Assembly (NCBI RefSeq): GCF_001194135.2
Contig: NC_068990.1
Location: 88,888,211-88,952,210, forward strand
From: Octopus bimaculoides
Taxonomy: Eukaryota
Length of the DNA: 64,000 nucleotides
Direction: 5' to 3'
Below the pieces are notes generated by a model. That model searched no databases. It worked only from the letters and a program-made list of their open reading frames with translations, and was not told the origin of the DNA. Shown here piece after piece: positions 26,405 through 40,002 of the stretch. Position numbers and translations under genes: made by a program. How positions within the stretch are numbered: the stretch's first letter is position 1; each line of letters begins with the position of its first letter.

Positions 26405-27240
26405 TTATTGTGCAATTAAGGTGCTGCACTCATAATGAATGCCTATACACACTGTTCAAGTCATACAACATAAATTCTACTGCATCATTTATGGATCACA
26501 TGCACTTTAATCTTTGTACTTCAAACTCAAAAAGAAAGTACAAGACTCTTCATGTTTGATATATAATAGTAGTCAAGCAGGCACGTTACTCTGCACACTC
26601 TACTGGGAATAAATTTCACTTTGCGTGTAAGCTGCATTGATGTTTACTCAGAGTGGAATTAAGGTACTGCTTACATTTTTTTTTTCACCTGACACTCTAC
26701 TTTGCTTGGTGTCTACCACTTCCACTGTTTAAGATAAAGGGCATTGAAATTTAAGACTCCAACTCCACCAATTTATAAACTTCCATACCCGTCCAAACCT
26801 GAAAGTCAAAAATAAAATACAGAACTCGAAAGTAACACTAAAATCTAAAATATCAAACCTGATTTGTTATAAATTATCACAATGGTAAACATAATGAATA
26901 CTTCTGAATGAATTAGGAATTCTAAAATTTTAAAACATTTCCTGTGATCTTTTTACACATTGTTTGTTTACTACTGTTATGATTGCTTTCATGCACTTAA
27001 TTTATTTCAGGCTAACTTCAGAAATATTTAACATTTTCAACTCCATTACTGACAGCAGCTTAATATATATGCATTTTGGTATTTTGGTATACAGACAGGG
27101 GAAAGTGCTCAGAACATGTACACTATTTGTTTGAAACTGGTAATTTAATTCTTGTTTTTGCCAGGTGCAATTCTTCAGTTGACAAAAAGAGGAAACATTG
27201 ACTGTGGCAAGTGATGGAATAAATCATTGGATTTGAAAAA

Positions 27241-27282
<42 letters not shown>

Positions 27283-27554
27283 NNNNNNNNNNNNNNNNNN
27301 NNNNNNNNNNNNNNNNNNNNNNNNNNNNNNNNNNNNNNNNNNNNNNNNNNNNNNNNNNNNNNNNNNNNNNNNNNNNNNNNNNNNNNNNNNNNNNNNNNNN
27401 NNNNNNNNNNNNNNNNNNNNNNNNNNNNNNNNNNNNNNNNNNNNNNNNNNNNNNNNNNNNNNNNNNNNNNNNNNNNNNNNNNNNNNNNNNNNNNNNNNNN
27501 NNNNNNNNNNNNNNNNNNNNNNNNNNNNNNNNNNNNNNTATATATATGTATATA

Positions 27555-27690
27555 TGGTATGAAATTAATGATATATATATATGGTATGAAATTAATGATA
27601 TATATATATGGTATGAAATTAATGATATATATATATGGTATGAAATTAATGATATATATATATGGTATGAAATTAATGTGATATATATAT
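27555..27690. repeat. 27-bp minisatellite, about 5 copies (GGTATGAAATTAATGATATATATATAT)
   Basis: Direct tandem copies visible immediately after the 27283-27538 gap. Confidence 0.9.
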
Positions 27691-29228
27691 ATAAGTAAAG
27701 AATGGCTAAGTTTGCTTCGCAATTATGAGTTTTCGGGTTCAGTTGCATTGTGTGGAATCCTTGGCAAGTGCCTTTACCATAGTCCTGCGTCACCTCAAGT
27801 TTTGTTAGTGAAATTGTGTAGACAGATGAACTGTACCAATAACTTCAAGTGCAACCTTCTCAAACTGTCATGCTGGTAGTACTTCAGAATTATGTTAAAG
27901 ATACAAGTGTTTGTGAAATATTCAACCACTTTGCATGCTAATTCAGTAAGTTGGTTATTGAGTTGATTGAATTGCTGGATGTGCAATCAGTCATAATCAA
28001 TAGGTTAGCTAAATTAGTTAACTATAACCATTGCATCATGTCTTTTTATTGGTAGAATAATGCTTCCAAAACATACCTGTTTCAACTCCAATTTTCACAT
28101 CAAGACTTGTGTGTGTGTGTGTACACACATGCTTGTGTATTTATTGAATTTGTGGCATATTGAAGGTTCCCTCTGCTTGGTTTGGTGATGACCCCTTGTC
28201 TCCTTTTGTTACAACTCTGATATATATGAATAAATGTGTTTATATTATCAAAAGGATAAAACAGCAGGACTTAGAACCAAGAAAGGAAAAGAAAATGAGA
28301 AATGCTGCTTGAATAATGTGTGTAGTAAGAAGAAAAATATTTACAAACACATTTCTTTTATCTTTCATTGCAAATTTCCTATTAAATTCATATTTTATGG
28401 TATGGAGTACCTAGTCAAAACTCCAAAGTAATACCTTAATGAAGAAAAGATGTATGGAAATATATGCTGACTGAATAAAGATCTGATGGAACTAGGTATA
28501 AATAGTGAGGGAATTTTGCATGTCAGACATGAAATTTGAGTAGCTGTTGTGTTTGGACTTGAAAATGTTAACATTGTTATTCATTTTTCTTACTATTAAA
28601 CAACGTTGGTGTAACAAATACAATTTATTTATTGAACAATGCATTGTTGTTATATCATATGAACTGAGGAAGGAAAAAACAAACTAATATGATCAAATAT
28701 AAATCTCAATTATTTTTTACAAATAAAATTGTTGAATTATAGCTTTTATTGTATTAGTTTTTGTTTCTTGTAACATCTGCCAAATAGCAACTATTTACCT
28801 GATTTATATTACACTCTGTTTGTCTTTCTGAATGCCTGTCTTAACTTTTGCTAGTTGTTCACTTTCACTCTTATCAATATTAGTTCTTTTCTTTTGCTAC
28901 TTCCATTCTCTCTCCCTCTGTTTCTTTTCTCTCTATACTGTCACTCTTTATTCCCTTTCTTTTTTCCTATTCTTTCCTTTGTCCCTGTTTAACTCTGTTC
29001 TCCCTCACTTAATCAGTCTTTATACTTTACCTCTTTCCTCTTTCACATTTTCAGCAGCTGCTACCTTCTAGTGTTTTAGACCTACTTGCAAAAATTTACA
29101 AAAACAAGAAATGGCCCTCACATGATTGGTTTTCTAATGAACAACTACAATATTTTGTTAAATCCTAGATGATGATGATGAATGTTGATGATGATTTTTA
29201 AAAGCTTGCCATTATTTTAAATCTCTCT

Positions 29229-29412
29229 AAGGCAGTGAGCTGGCAGAATCATTGGCATGCTGGACAAAATGATCAAATTCTGCTGAGGTCAACTTTGCCT
29301 TTCATCCTTTCGGGGTTGATAAATTAAGTACCAGTTCAGTACTGGGGTTGATGTAATCGACTGTCCCCCTCCCCCAAATTTCAGGCCTTGTGCCTATAGT
29401 AGAAAGGATTAT
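29229..29412 (+). mobile_element. SINE family 2
   Basis: ggcagtgagctggcagaatc...gaggtcaactttgcctttcatcctttcggggttgataaattaagtaccag...ggccttgtgcctatagtagaaaggatt; same family at 54527-54740. Confidence 0.8.
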
Positions 29413-29534
29413 TTTAAATCTTTCTCTGAACAAACTTTACAAATTGACCAAGATAGTGAAACAAATGACTTATAGTTGTCCTAATTAAGACATAACCTAG
29501 TAAATGTCTGTGTGTGTGTGTGTATTTATATGTA

Positions 29535-30486
29535 CATCATCATCATCATCATCATCATCGTTTAACGTCCGCTTTCCATGCTAGCATGGGTTGGACGATT
29601 TGACTGAGGACTGGTGAAACCGGATGGCAACACCAGGCTCCAGTCTGATTTGGCAGAGTTTCTACAGCTGGATGCCCTTCCTAACGCCAACTACTCAGAG
29701 TGTAGTGGGTGCTTTTACGTGTCACCCGCACGAAAACGGCCACGCTCGAAATGGTGTCTTTTATGTGCCACCCGCACAAGCCAGTCCAGGGGCACTGGCA
29801 ACGATCTCGCTCGAAAATCCTACAGGNNNNNNNNNNNNNNNNNNNNNNNNNNNNNNNNNNNNNNNNNNNNNNNNNNNNNNNNNNNNNNNNNNNNNNNNNN
29901 NNNNNNNNNNNNNNNNNNNNNNNNNNNNNNNNNNNNNNNNNNNNNNNNNNNNNNNNNNNNNNNNNNNNNNNNNNNNNNNNNNNNNNNNNNNNNNNNNNNN
30001 NNNNNNNNNNNNNNNNNNNNNNNNNNNNNNNNNNNNNNNNNNNNNNNNNNNNNNNNNNNNNNNNNNNNNNNNNNNNNNNNNNNNNNNNNNNNNNNNNNNN
30101 NNNNNNNNNNNNNNNNNNTCCTGGGCCTACCTCTTCCACGGGTTCCCTCAACTGTTAGGGTGTGGCACTTTTTCACGCAGCTATCCTCCTCCATTCTCAC
30201 CACATGTCCATACCAGCGCAATCGTCTCTCTTGCACGCCACAACTGATGCTTCTAATGTTCAGCTTTTCTCTCAAGATACATACACTCTGACGGGTATTC
30301 ACATTGACATTACACATCCAACGGAGCATACTGGCTTCATTCCTTGCGAGCTTACGTATGTCCTCAGCAGTTACAGCCCATGTTTCACTGCCATGCAGCA
30401 TGGTTGTTCGTACGCATGCGTCATACAGTCTGCCTTTTACTCTGAGTGAGAGTCCCTTTGTCGCCAGCAGGGGTAACATACGTAAG
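29535..30486 (-). mobile_element. 5'-truncated RTE-clade LINE (RT C-terminus, 3' UTR and (GAT)n tail), spans a gap
   Basis: LSLRVKGRLYDACVRTTMLHGSETWA..RNEASMLRWMCNV..LREKLNIRSISCGVQERRLRWYGHVVRM..VEGTRGRGRPR is an open-frame RTE RT C-terminal signature. Confidence 0.9.
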
Positions 30487-30708
30487 AAATAAATATATAT
30501 ACATAGAGCTATATAAAGACTAATGAATATCTTGCTGAATTCTACAAAAGATGTGGAAACTGGGAAAGATACACACACACACGCATTTATATACATGTAT
30601 ATGTGCATGCAGTCACACACTGGTCAGTTTGTTTGAAAAAAAAGATAAGGTAATGATAAATCATGCTAAGCTTGAGACCTTTAGTTTTTGAAATAACATG
30701 TGCGTGTG

Positions 30709-30742
<34 letters not shown>

Positions 30743-31369
30743 ATCACCCTAAAATTCCTAACTTATCTTTTCCATTTTAAATGTTATTACTCTACTCACC
30801 TGTCTCTGTCTGTCTGTCTCTCTCTCCTTTGTTCTCTCTCTGAACAGCTGTACAGAAAAGAATGTGTTATCTAACTGAAAAGTACATATATTGTGGTTAT
30901 CTGTGGTGGTCGTTAGTATTGTATGACTGACCTCATTCAGTCTTTTTTCAGTGGATCTGTACGAACGATGATTAACTTTAAATGGATAAATCTACCCCTG
31001 GATATGTTGATAGAGGAAATTAACCTCACCCCTGCAAGATAACAAAATACTCAATGTCACTCTGCTACTGTTTTCAGTATTGAAATATACCAATGTCTAA
31101 TACTTACCTGAAGTAATGGATTGTGCCACTGAGAGGTGCCTACTGGATGTGGTTGGTTATATTATGCATCACCAGCATTCAACATTGAGTTGTGTCTGTG
31201 TAGAACCTACTTACTGCTGTGAGTTATATCACCATGTGGGACCTATTTACAGCATATGGTACATACAGCAATGAGATATACTGGGATATACTACTATGTT
31301 AAGTCAAAAGTTTGCAATATTTTAGTAACTTATTTGATTTGTTCACTAAGTCACAACAAAAGCAGCTTA

Positions 31370-31585
31370 GCATTCAAAGTAGAGGCCATCATGTTACACT
31401 ATCTGAAGCCACCTTTCTGTCAGTTCTTTGATCCTATGCTGACACCAATTCTTGTCTTTTGAGACAACTTCTTCACAGAAGCTTCCACTTCCTCTTGGTT
31501 GATAAAGTGTTGCAAAGGCAGGAAATGAGCCATGGATCAGAACAAGTAATAATGCAAGGAAGATATCTTTCCATAATCCTAATGT
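31370..31585 (-). mobile_element. Mariner transposase C-terminal fragment
   Basis: Frameshifted YYLF*SMAHFL..FINQEEVEASVK..SKDKNWCQHRIKELTERWLQIV matches the mariner DYHLFRS..KELAERWLQT terminus. Confidence 0.65.
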
Positions 31586-31884
31586 GCATGAGCAGCAGTT
31601 AAGCAAGGACCAGTTTTCGGAACCTGTTGCCAAACGTATTTCAAAAATAACTGTGCCTTGTCCATCGTATGCATACATAAGCCTGCATACATGCACCTGC
31701 ATACACACATTCACATACATATGCACATGAAGGAAAGCCAACGAGGGAACCTCTGCCTAGTTACTCAACCAACTAGAAATAGCAGTCAAATTTTCTATTG
31801 AATTGCACCTGATCATCTTTAAGAAGAGAAAATTCATATAATGCAATTTGAGATTGACTGAAAAGAAAAGAAAATAGTTATAAC

Positions 31885-32340
31885 AGGCATGGCTGTGTGG
31901 TTGTGAAGCTTGCTTCCCAATCATGTGGTTTCAAGTTCAGTACCTTTGTATGGCATTTTGGGCAAGTGCCTTCTATGATAGTTCCAGGGCAACCAAAACC
32001 TTATGAGGGGATTTTGTAGATGGAAACTGAAAGGTACCTGTTTTGTTTGTGTGAACAAGTTCATATTTTTCATGTCTTCATGTGTGTTTGCCAGTTGTAA
32101 AAAATGGCATAGCATTGCAAATGGTGTTGTTTGCAGTAACTGCAAAAGTATGGTTAGGTTTCTTGGTATGTGTTGCTCAATCTTTGTCAATAAAAGACTC
32201 ATTTGTGCAATGTCATTCATTTCCAGTTCTCCACTTAACCATGCCTGGGTTGTTTGTTGCTCAAGAAACTAGGGTATCATTATCTTGTTTGGAAACAGGT
32301 GAGGGTTGGCATTAGATAAAGTATTTTGCCTTAGAAACCA
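31885..32340 (+). mobile_element. SINE family 1, long degenerate copy
   Basis: caggcatggctgtgtggttgtgaagcttgcttcccaatcatgtggtttcaagttcagtacc...ggcaagtgccttcta. Confidence 0.7.
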
Positions 32341-32619
32341 GACCACTTTTCCATTCAAGGAATTGATAAGTGGAAGTTAAAATGATATCGGTGCTGATGG
32401 GTGGAATTAATGCTGACCTCAGGTTAATTGGTACCACAACCACCACACTGCTACAGTATCAACCTATGAAGGAACAGATGGGTAGACTGACTGATATAAC
32501 AAAGTATCAACAATTAAGGAAGTAGGCACCAGAGACATAATCAGAGTAATTAACATTAGTGATTTATTTAAAATTAAATTTAGTCCTACTTGATATCTTT
32601 ATCACATATTGGTGATAAT

Positions 32620-32930
32620 ATTCATTATCATCATCATCGTCATTGCAATCACTACAACCAGCTACATCGACATTACTATTCCCATCACTGTCACCACTTC
32701 TAATACCACTGTTAATACTACCATTACTGCCACTAGTACCATTACCATTGGTACCACAGCCATTGCTGTTAAAATTGCCATCACTACTGTCACACTAACA
32801 CCACTGCCAACACTATCACTACAGCCACTAACTTTAACGCTACCTTCATTACTATCACTGCTACCATGGTTACCACTACCACTGACACCACCACCACCAC
32901 CACCATTGCTATCACCACTACCATCATAAT
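32620..32930. repeat. Degenerate (ACC/CAY)n trinucleotide tract
   Basis: Low-complexity sequence that accounts for the Thr-rich and Val-rich pseudo-ORFs. Confidence 0.8.
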
Positions 32931-33756
32931 TATATAACTTCCTCCTAGACTGAAAACAATGATGTTTAAATTTAACATAGTTTCTCATTAGAGGAAAACT
33001 TGTAGTTATTGTTGTAATGCTATGATTCAGTAAGAAATTATGCTGCTGCCAGCTTGTCAAATCAAGTTTTCATATCAGTTCATATCATTAAAATGTGATT
33101 CATTTTGATTAAACATCAGCTGGCCCAGTCAGTTGTCAGTCAAGGTTTGAAGGAAAAACTGGCACACCTCTTTCCTCAATTTCACATGGCTTTGTGTGTG
33201 GGTGGGGCACTGTCCTCTTTCATTCATTAGTCATAATACACACACACATAGTTACATATATCCACATATACATATGATTACATATACCCATACACACACA
33301 TACACACATAAAACCATGCATTCTCTCTCTCTCTCTCTCTCTTTCACACGCACACACTACACTCATGCACAAACAGACACACACCACTCTCTCTGATAAA
33401 TTGTGAACGATTTCATATATCCCTTTTGATATCAACCTGCCTCAAGCTACCCCTGGTTCTTTGATACAGACTTCCTGTAATCTAAAAATTTCCATCAAAA
33501 TTTCATGTTAATTTATGTTCTAAACACCAGCTTGATAATGTGAAGTTACTTATTTTGCTAACTTCTTTATTACTTTCAAAATTAGTTGCAACAGATGTAG
33601 GATATTTCAACAAAAATATAGCACCAGAAAATTTCTTTTGCTAAATTTCTTTTTCTAAAGAACAATATATGTAACTTGATGTCAAACAAATATTGCTAGG
33701 GTTTTCATCTGAAAAGCACCAGTATTTCTGTTTTCTTACTTATATTTATATTCTCA

Positions 33757-34137
33757 GGAGTGACTGTGTGGTAAGTAGTTTGCTTACCAACCATGTGGTT
33801 GCGGGTTCAATCCCACTGTGTGGCACCTTGGGCAAGTCTCTTCTATAGACTCAAGCCAACCAAAGCCTTGTGAGTGTATTTGGTAGATGGAAACTGGAAG
33901 AAGCCCGTCGTATATATATATGTGTGTGTTTGTGTGTCTGTGTTTGTCCCCCCCCCCCAACATCACTTGACATCCAATGCTGGTGTGTTTACGTTTCCAT
34001 AACCTAGCAGTTTGGCAAAAAGAGATCGATAGAATAAGTACTAAGCTTACAAAGAATAAATCCTGGAGTCAATTTACTCAACTAAAAGGTGGTGCTCCAG
34101 CATGGCTGCAGTCAAATGACTGAAACAAATAAAAGAA
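33757..34137 (+). mobile_element. Full-length tRNA-derived SINE, family 1
   Basis: tRNA-like A/B boxes (tgtggtaagtag; gggttcaatccc), gtggcaccttgggcaagt body and ...gaaacaaataaaagaat tail. Confidence 0.85.
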
Positions 34138-34231
34138 TTGAGGAAAGTTTTACGCATACACACACATGCACATNNNNNNNNNNNNNNNNNNNNNNNNNNN
34201 NNNNNNNNNNNNNNNNNNNNNNNNNNNNNNN

Positions 34232-34266
<35 letters not shown>

Positions 34267-37200
34267 CCATCTTCCATATAGCTTTCATTTATTAAATTCC
34301 ACTCACAAAGTATTGGTCAACCAAAAGCTGCAGTCGAAGATGTTTGTCCGAAGGTGTTGTGCAGTGAGATCAAACTTAGAACCACATTGATGTGAAGTGA
34401 ACATTTTAACCATACAACCACGGTTTTATTTTATCTACCCTGGAAAAAAATTAAAGGAAAAGCTGACTTTCATTAAATTTGAACTCGGAGCATAAAGAGA
34501 TGTCACTAAATAGCACAAAGTATTATTATAATCAATGCTGCTATAATAATTTCAAACTTAGACATGGTTTCAAAATGGTAGTTATATTGGCTCCATTACT
34601 TAAATGATACTTTATTGCACTGACCCTTGAAAGATAAAGTTGATATCATTGGGGGTTTAAACTCAGACTATAAAGGTATACAATCAGTTTACCTTTATGT
34701 AAACACTTAGTATTTTGTCTGCTGTTCTATCAATTCTGTCAGTCCACTACTGCACTCCACTGTTCTAATAATAACCTTTTCTTCTTTAGGCACAAGACCT
34801 GAAATTTTGAGGGGAATTTTTATTGATCCCGAAAGGATGAAAGGCAAAGCCAACCTTAGCAGAATTTGAACCAGATTGTGAAGATGGACAAATTTCTGCT
34901 AAGCATTTTGTCCAGCATACTAATGATTCTGCAAGCTTACAGTCATTAATAATGATAGTAATTATTTTACAATGATTTCTGACAAAGCCGCTAATTAAAA
35001 TTTCTCACATAATAAAATGTAAAGTAACAGAAAAACAAAAAGAAAAAAAACTACCCTTAAAACACCATTACTTTATCTTGTTACCACCATTTCTTTGTAA
35101 AAGGTTGGCATCGTTGTCCAAAATGGTATGAATAACCAAAAGCTATAATTATAAACTTCCTCTAACTAGGAAGTTATGACATAAACAAGACCTAAGTTTG
35201 ACAACATATTATTAAAGAAAGAGAAATTACGTTGTTATTTTTTAATCATAACTGCAATCTCAAACTATGGTCAGTTTTGATGGTAGATACTTCTCACTTG
35301 CAATGATTTTCTTTATGTTCTGGCATAAAACAAAAATAATAAAAAAAAGAGCAAACATTTATAGTTATTTTTGCAATGAATATAAAACAAATTTCTTCAG
35401 TAATTATTTCTAAATGTTCACAGAAAGATTTTCATCTAAATTTTACTATGAAGTATTTCTTTGATATGTATTTTCCTGTGTATCAAGCTAGCTGTTGGTT
35501 CCCTTTTTCCAAATTATCCCGGTGCTAGGTTTTGAACTCAGCACTACAACCTAATAAAATGATCATTATTTACACAGAGCCTCAACTACTTACAGTTCTA
35601 AACAACATTATCTTCTGGTTCTTAATTACAGTTAACTAAACAGAACCATTTTACTCTTTTAAGACCAATTTTCTAATGGTATATACCACTTATGTCTTTC
35701 AATTAATCTTGAAACTAATCAAAAATTTGGGGAGTTTTAATAAAATAACTAGTGTTGCTATTAAACTAGTGTTTAGAATATAACTTTACAAAAGGTTCAT
35801 ACATAAGATTATCATAGTAAGTTTCTTGAGCAATGTGAAGTTTCATTGGCAGTTTTCCAAGAATTTTATCAGAAATTTTATGCAAAGCAAATTATTCAAA
35901 GAATTTGAATTAAATTCTTGTCTAATCATACATATTTTTCATCACCACCACCGCTGCCGCCACCGCCACAACCGTCGCCACCACCACCACCACCGCCTTC
36001 AAAGATTACACAAGAACCAACACTTTGCCTACTCCAAATTCTCAAAACACAAAAATTGAAAGAGAACAATTGATAAAGGTTGTCTAAAATTTGCTGTAGT
36101 CGAAAAAAAAAAAAAGCTGTGTGAAGCTGTGAAGCACATGCCTTTCCCAAAGAGTTTTCAGGGAGATAAGTGAAGTAGTTACTTTTGCTTTTCCAATTTA
36201 TGCTGTCAGCTCAGTTGTTTTATTATTTAGCTAGAGGAATTGAAGCCAGACACATTTAGCTTTTGTAGGATTTCTTAAAGAAGTGATGCTGGTTATTGTT
36301 GCTTAGTCCAAGGTAGCCATCATGATCAAAGATGTTCCAGTCATGGCTATACCATTTTTTTTTTTTTGCAAATCTTGTCAATGTATCCTTTCTTTTTTAA
36401 GAGAATAGGGTGTATTTTTATATCACATTTGGCTGCTATTTCTAGCAGATTGCGTGACCATATAGAGACTTTCTTGGTGGTTCAGGCAGGTGAGGTTGGT
36501 TCAAGAAATGCAATGTAATATATAGTGAACTGACTGACTAAGGGACTTATGAAGATGATAGTTGCACAGATGTATTTGTAAGTGGAAGCACCAATGGTAT
36601 GCTGGGAGGGTTCACCAGACTAAGTCAATAGTTTCCACCAGATGAGTGATCCAAGTTGTACTGCAGGCTGTTATATTGAAAGCATAATATCTAGTATAAG
36701 GAACGAATGGCATCTCTGGCAATACTGAGAGCCCCTATTTAAATGACTGCATTACAAGGAAAACAACCACATATCTCTCCAATCAGAACAAATTATAAGT
36801 CTTAAAAAAAAAATTTTTTTAAATCTCATGATGTGATCCAAGATACACCATATCCTGATCATAAGACTGTTTATTCAGGGTTAATCTGGGGGCTAGACAA
36901 CAACAGCAAAGAGTTTCTTTCTCAATGAAAAAGGAAAACTGTTAAGGAGTATGTTTAAAAAGCATCATCTTATTGTATGGTAGGAGACATGAACGTTGAA
37001 TAGGAAGATTTCCAGGAGTAGAAGAGAAATATAATGGATACATTCACATTACATAAATACACTAAGAGAGTGGCTGGGCAGGGCAGGGTAGATATTAGTT
37101 GAAATGAGCATTGTAAGCAATACCATTGGTAACGTGATATAAATCAAAGATGTGATGACCAGCATCCTGAGAGCTAACTTCACTATACAGGCTCTGTTTT

Positions 37201-37307
37201 TGGCTCATGAGGAAGTTTGTTAAAGAAGATATGAGGAAGAAATGGTGATGTTAGCTTTCAGGATGCTGGTCATTACAAAACAGATGAAAAAAGATAAGAG
37301 GGGAATG

Positions 37308-39400
37308 GTAATAGGGAGTACGTTCAATTTAAATCAGACCGAAACGGGTTCTCATCTAAGGGGAATAAACCCTACGCACGGGAGGTAACTCGGGTCAATC
37401 TTAACATTTTCCACGGCAAAGGAATATCAAGAAAAGCAATTGTTTAGCCTGAAGTCAGCCCTGATCGAGCGATGAGATCCAATATCGAAGGCAATCCATC
37501 CATGACAATCACCTTTGTTTTCAGGCATAGTGTACTTTGGAGAAAATCCTAAAATAAATGATGTAATGTTAAGGGAGATTTGATTGCTATTTCTAGCATT
37601 TCGTACAACATTTTACAAGCTCTATTTTTGGTTCATAAGGAGATTTGTTACGGAAGATATGAGGAAGAAATGATGATAGGGAGTACGTTCAATCTAAATC
37701 AGAACGAAACGGGTTCTCATCTAAGGGGAAAAAATCCTACGCACGGGAGGTAACTCGGGTCAATCTTAACATTTTCCGATGTTTTACAGCATATTTCAAG
37801 TGAAGTGCATTGAGGTTACGAGGCAGAGAAAATCTTCTTAAAGAGGTTAACGAGGCATATGAAATGAATGCTTCAGACAGAGTTTATCTATACATGATAC
37901 TCAGTGTTGTTAACATACATATAATGTATGAACTGACAAAACAGTTTTGTTTCCTAAAAATGCTTTTTCGAAGTAAAAACCAGGTAAGCAATTTTAGTTT
38001 ATTATACGTTAAAAACTCTTAATATTTTTTCAGTGTATTTGTATTTGTCTGACAATTCACTTGAAATGAGATCGTGGTGTGTTGAAACTAAAAATATTAA
38101 AAAACAAAAATGTTTTCTGGAAATATTTTATTTTGCACTTTCCTATTTTATTAAATAGTAGGAATAGAGTGGAATTTCCACGGATATTTTGAAAATTGTA
38201 AGATGAAATTCTATATATTTTTTTAACCATTTGAGATTTGAGATTGCATAAAAAACAACATAGATAAAACTGATGTTGGAATCCGAAGAAATAAGGTCTC
38301 TATTTGCTATATTCTGACGTGTTTTACTTTGTAAATTTTATCTATCATTTTTCGCGTTATGTAATGAAGTAAACTATCTTTAAACGAGAACGACATTGAA
38401 AATATCATTTATAATATTCTCTAACTGTATGTAGCTAAAGTTTTTACAGAACTTTGTACATTTATTTGATGAAAAAACTCCCCTAAAGACCCCGTACTTA
38501 AAACCTTGCCACTCTTTCTCCTTTACGTCAATTGTTGGCCATATTTGTCTGTTTGAGCAGACGACAATCGATTGTGCTAATGCGCATGCGTTAAGTGAAA
38601 GCCGATAGAAACATAAAATAAACGACTCTTCACTGTCCCACTGCCACGTCCATAACCGAATAATTCCTGGTAATACTGTCACCCCGTTCATTATCCAAAC
38701 TAGAATGAGATGGTTCTGATGTAAGGGAAATTATTTCGGAGGCACGGGAGGTAATTCTGTTTAATCGTAATAATTTCCGAAGCATCTTTCAAGCTTAGTG
38801 CATTGAGACTAGACATTGAAAATCGTGAAGAAATTAACGAGGTATACAAAATTTATGTATCTGACGGAATTTAGCAGTAAATGAAATTCAGTCATATAAT
38901 TTATGAAATGACATAAACCAGTTTTGTTCCTTAATAGCAATTTCATAATAAAAACCATGCAAGCTATTTTAGCTATTTAGATATGGACCAAAGTCGAATA
39001 TTCCAGACAAATTACTGCGTTGCAAATTTTAAATATCTCTTTAGTATATTTGTCTGACAAAGCACTTAATATGAAATCATATTGAATTGAAACTAAAAAA
39101 AAAATTTTTTAATGAAGAAGTAAATGTATCATGGTGGAAGTCTGTTTGCTATTTTAATACAGAGTTGCAGTATCGAGGAAATTCCATGGTTATTTTGAAA
39201 ATGGTTAGATGAAATTGTATATTTTGCTGAAGCATTTCCGTTTTATGATAATGTCAAAGACAACATAGATAGAATTGAAGGTGAAATATCAAGAAAGAAT
39301 ATCTCCGAGAGCTATATAATTATATTTTTTACTTGAGTCTTTATCTGTCAATTTTCGCTTCACGTAAAGAAGTAATCAATCTTAAAAATAGTAACAAATT
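37308..39400. repeat. Local tandem duplications: two near-identical 105-bp cores (37308-37412, 37676-37777) and an older duplication of about 1 kb (about 37690-38400 versus 38700-39400)
   Basis: Shared GCACGGGAGGTAA at 37376, 37741 and 38742; colinear blocks tatttgtctgacaa...gaaactaaaaa and ttattttgaaaat.gt.agatgaaatt at an offset of about 1000 bp. Confidence 0.75.
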
Positions 39401-39593
39401 GAAGACATCATTTATAATAATATTCTGCAACTGTACGTTGATAAAGTTCTTACAAAACTTAGTATGTTTATCCGACAAAACTATAAAAACACTGCACTCT
39501 AAACCTTCTCATTCTTTTCCTTGACATCTATTGTTGTCTATATTTTATAAACAAATGCGTTACTATTGAGCTGATGACAGTTAATTGCATTTA

Positions 39594-39633
<40 letters not shown>

Positions 39634-39639
<6 letters not shown>

Positions 39640-40002
39640 GCACTCCGTTGGTTACGACGACGAGGGTTCCAGCTGATACGATCAACGGAACAGCTTGCTC
39701 GTGAAATTAACGTGTACTCCACTGACGCGTGTACCCTTAACGTAGTTCTCAGGGAAATTCAGCGTAGTACAGAGTGTGACAAGGCTGGCCCTTTGAAATA
39801 CAGGTACTACTCATTTTTGCCAGCTGAGTGGACTGGAGCAACGTGAAATAAAGTGTCTTGCTCAAGGNNNNNNNNNNGCCAGCTGAGTGGACTGGAGCAA
39901 CGTGAAATAAAGTGTCTTGCTCAAGGACACAACGCGTCACCGGAATTGAACTTACGACCTTACAATCGAGAGCCGAATGCCCTACCACTAAGCCACGCGC
40001 CT
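39634..40002 (-). mobile_element. tRNA-derived SINE, family 3
   Basis: Minus strand begins gcgcgtggcttagtggtagggcattcggc..gtaagttcaattccgg..tgtgtccttgagcaagacac. Confidence 0.8.

Noticed and set aside
27555-27690. Regular 27-bp repeats as a CRISPR-like array
   Set aside because: No unique spacers and a eukaryotic context; it is an ordinary minisatellite.
32609-33060. Thr-rich and Val/Gly-rich mucin-like ORFs
   Set aside because: Degenerate trinucleotide repeat open in several frames on both strands.
39820-39925. Direct repeat of about 50 bp either side of a 10-N gap
   Set aside because: Most likely contig-overlap duplication at a scaffold join within a SINE.
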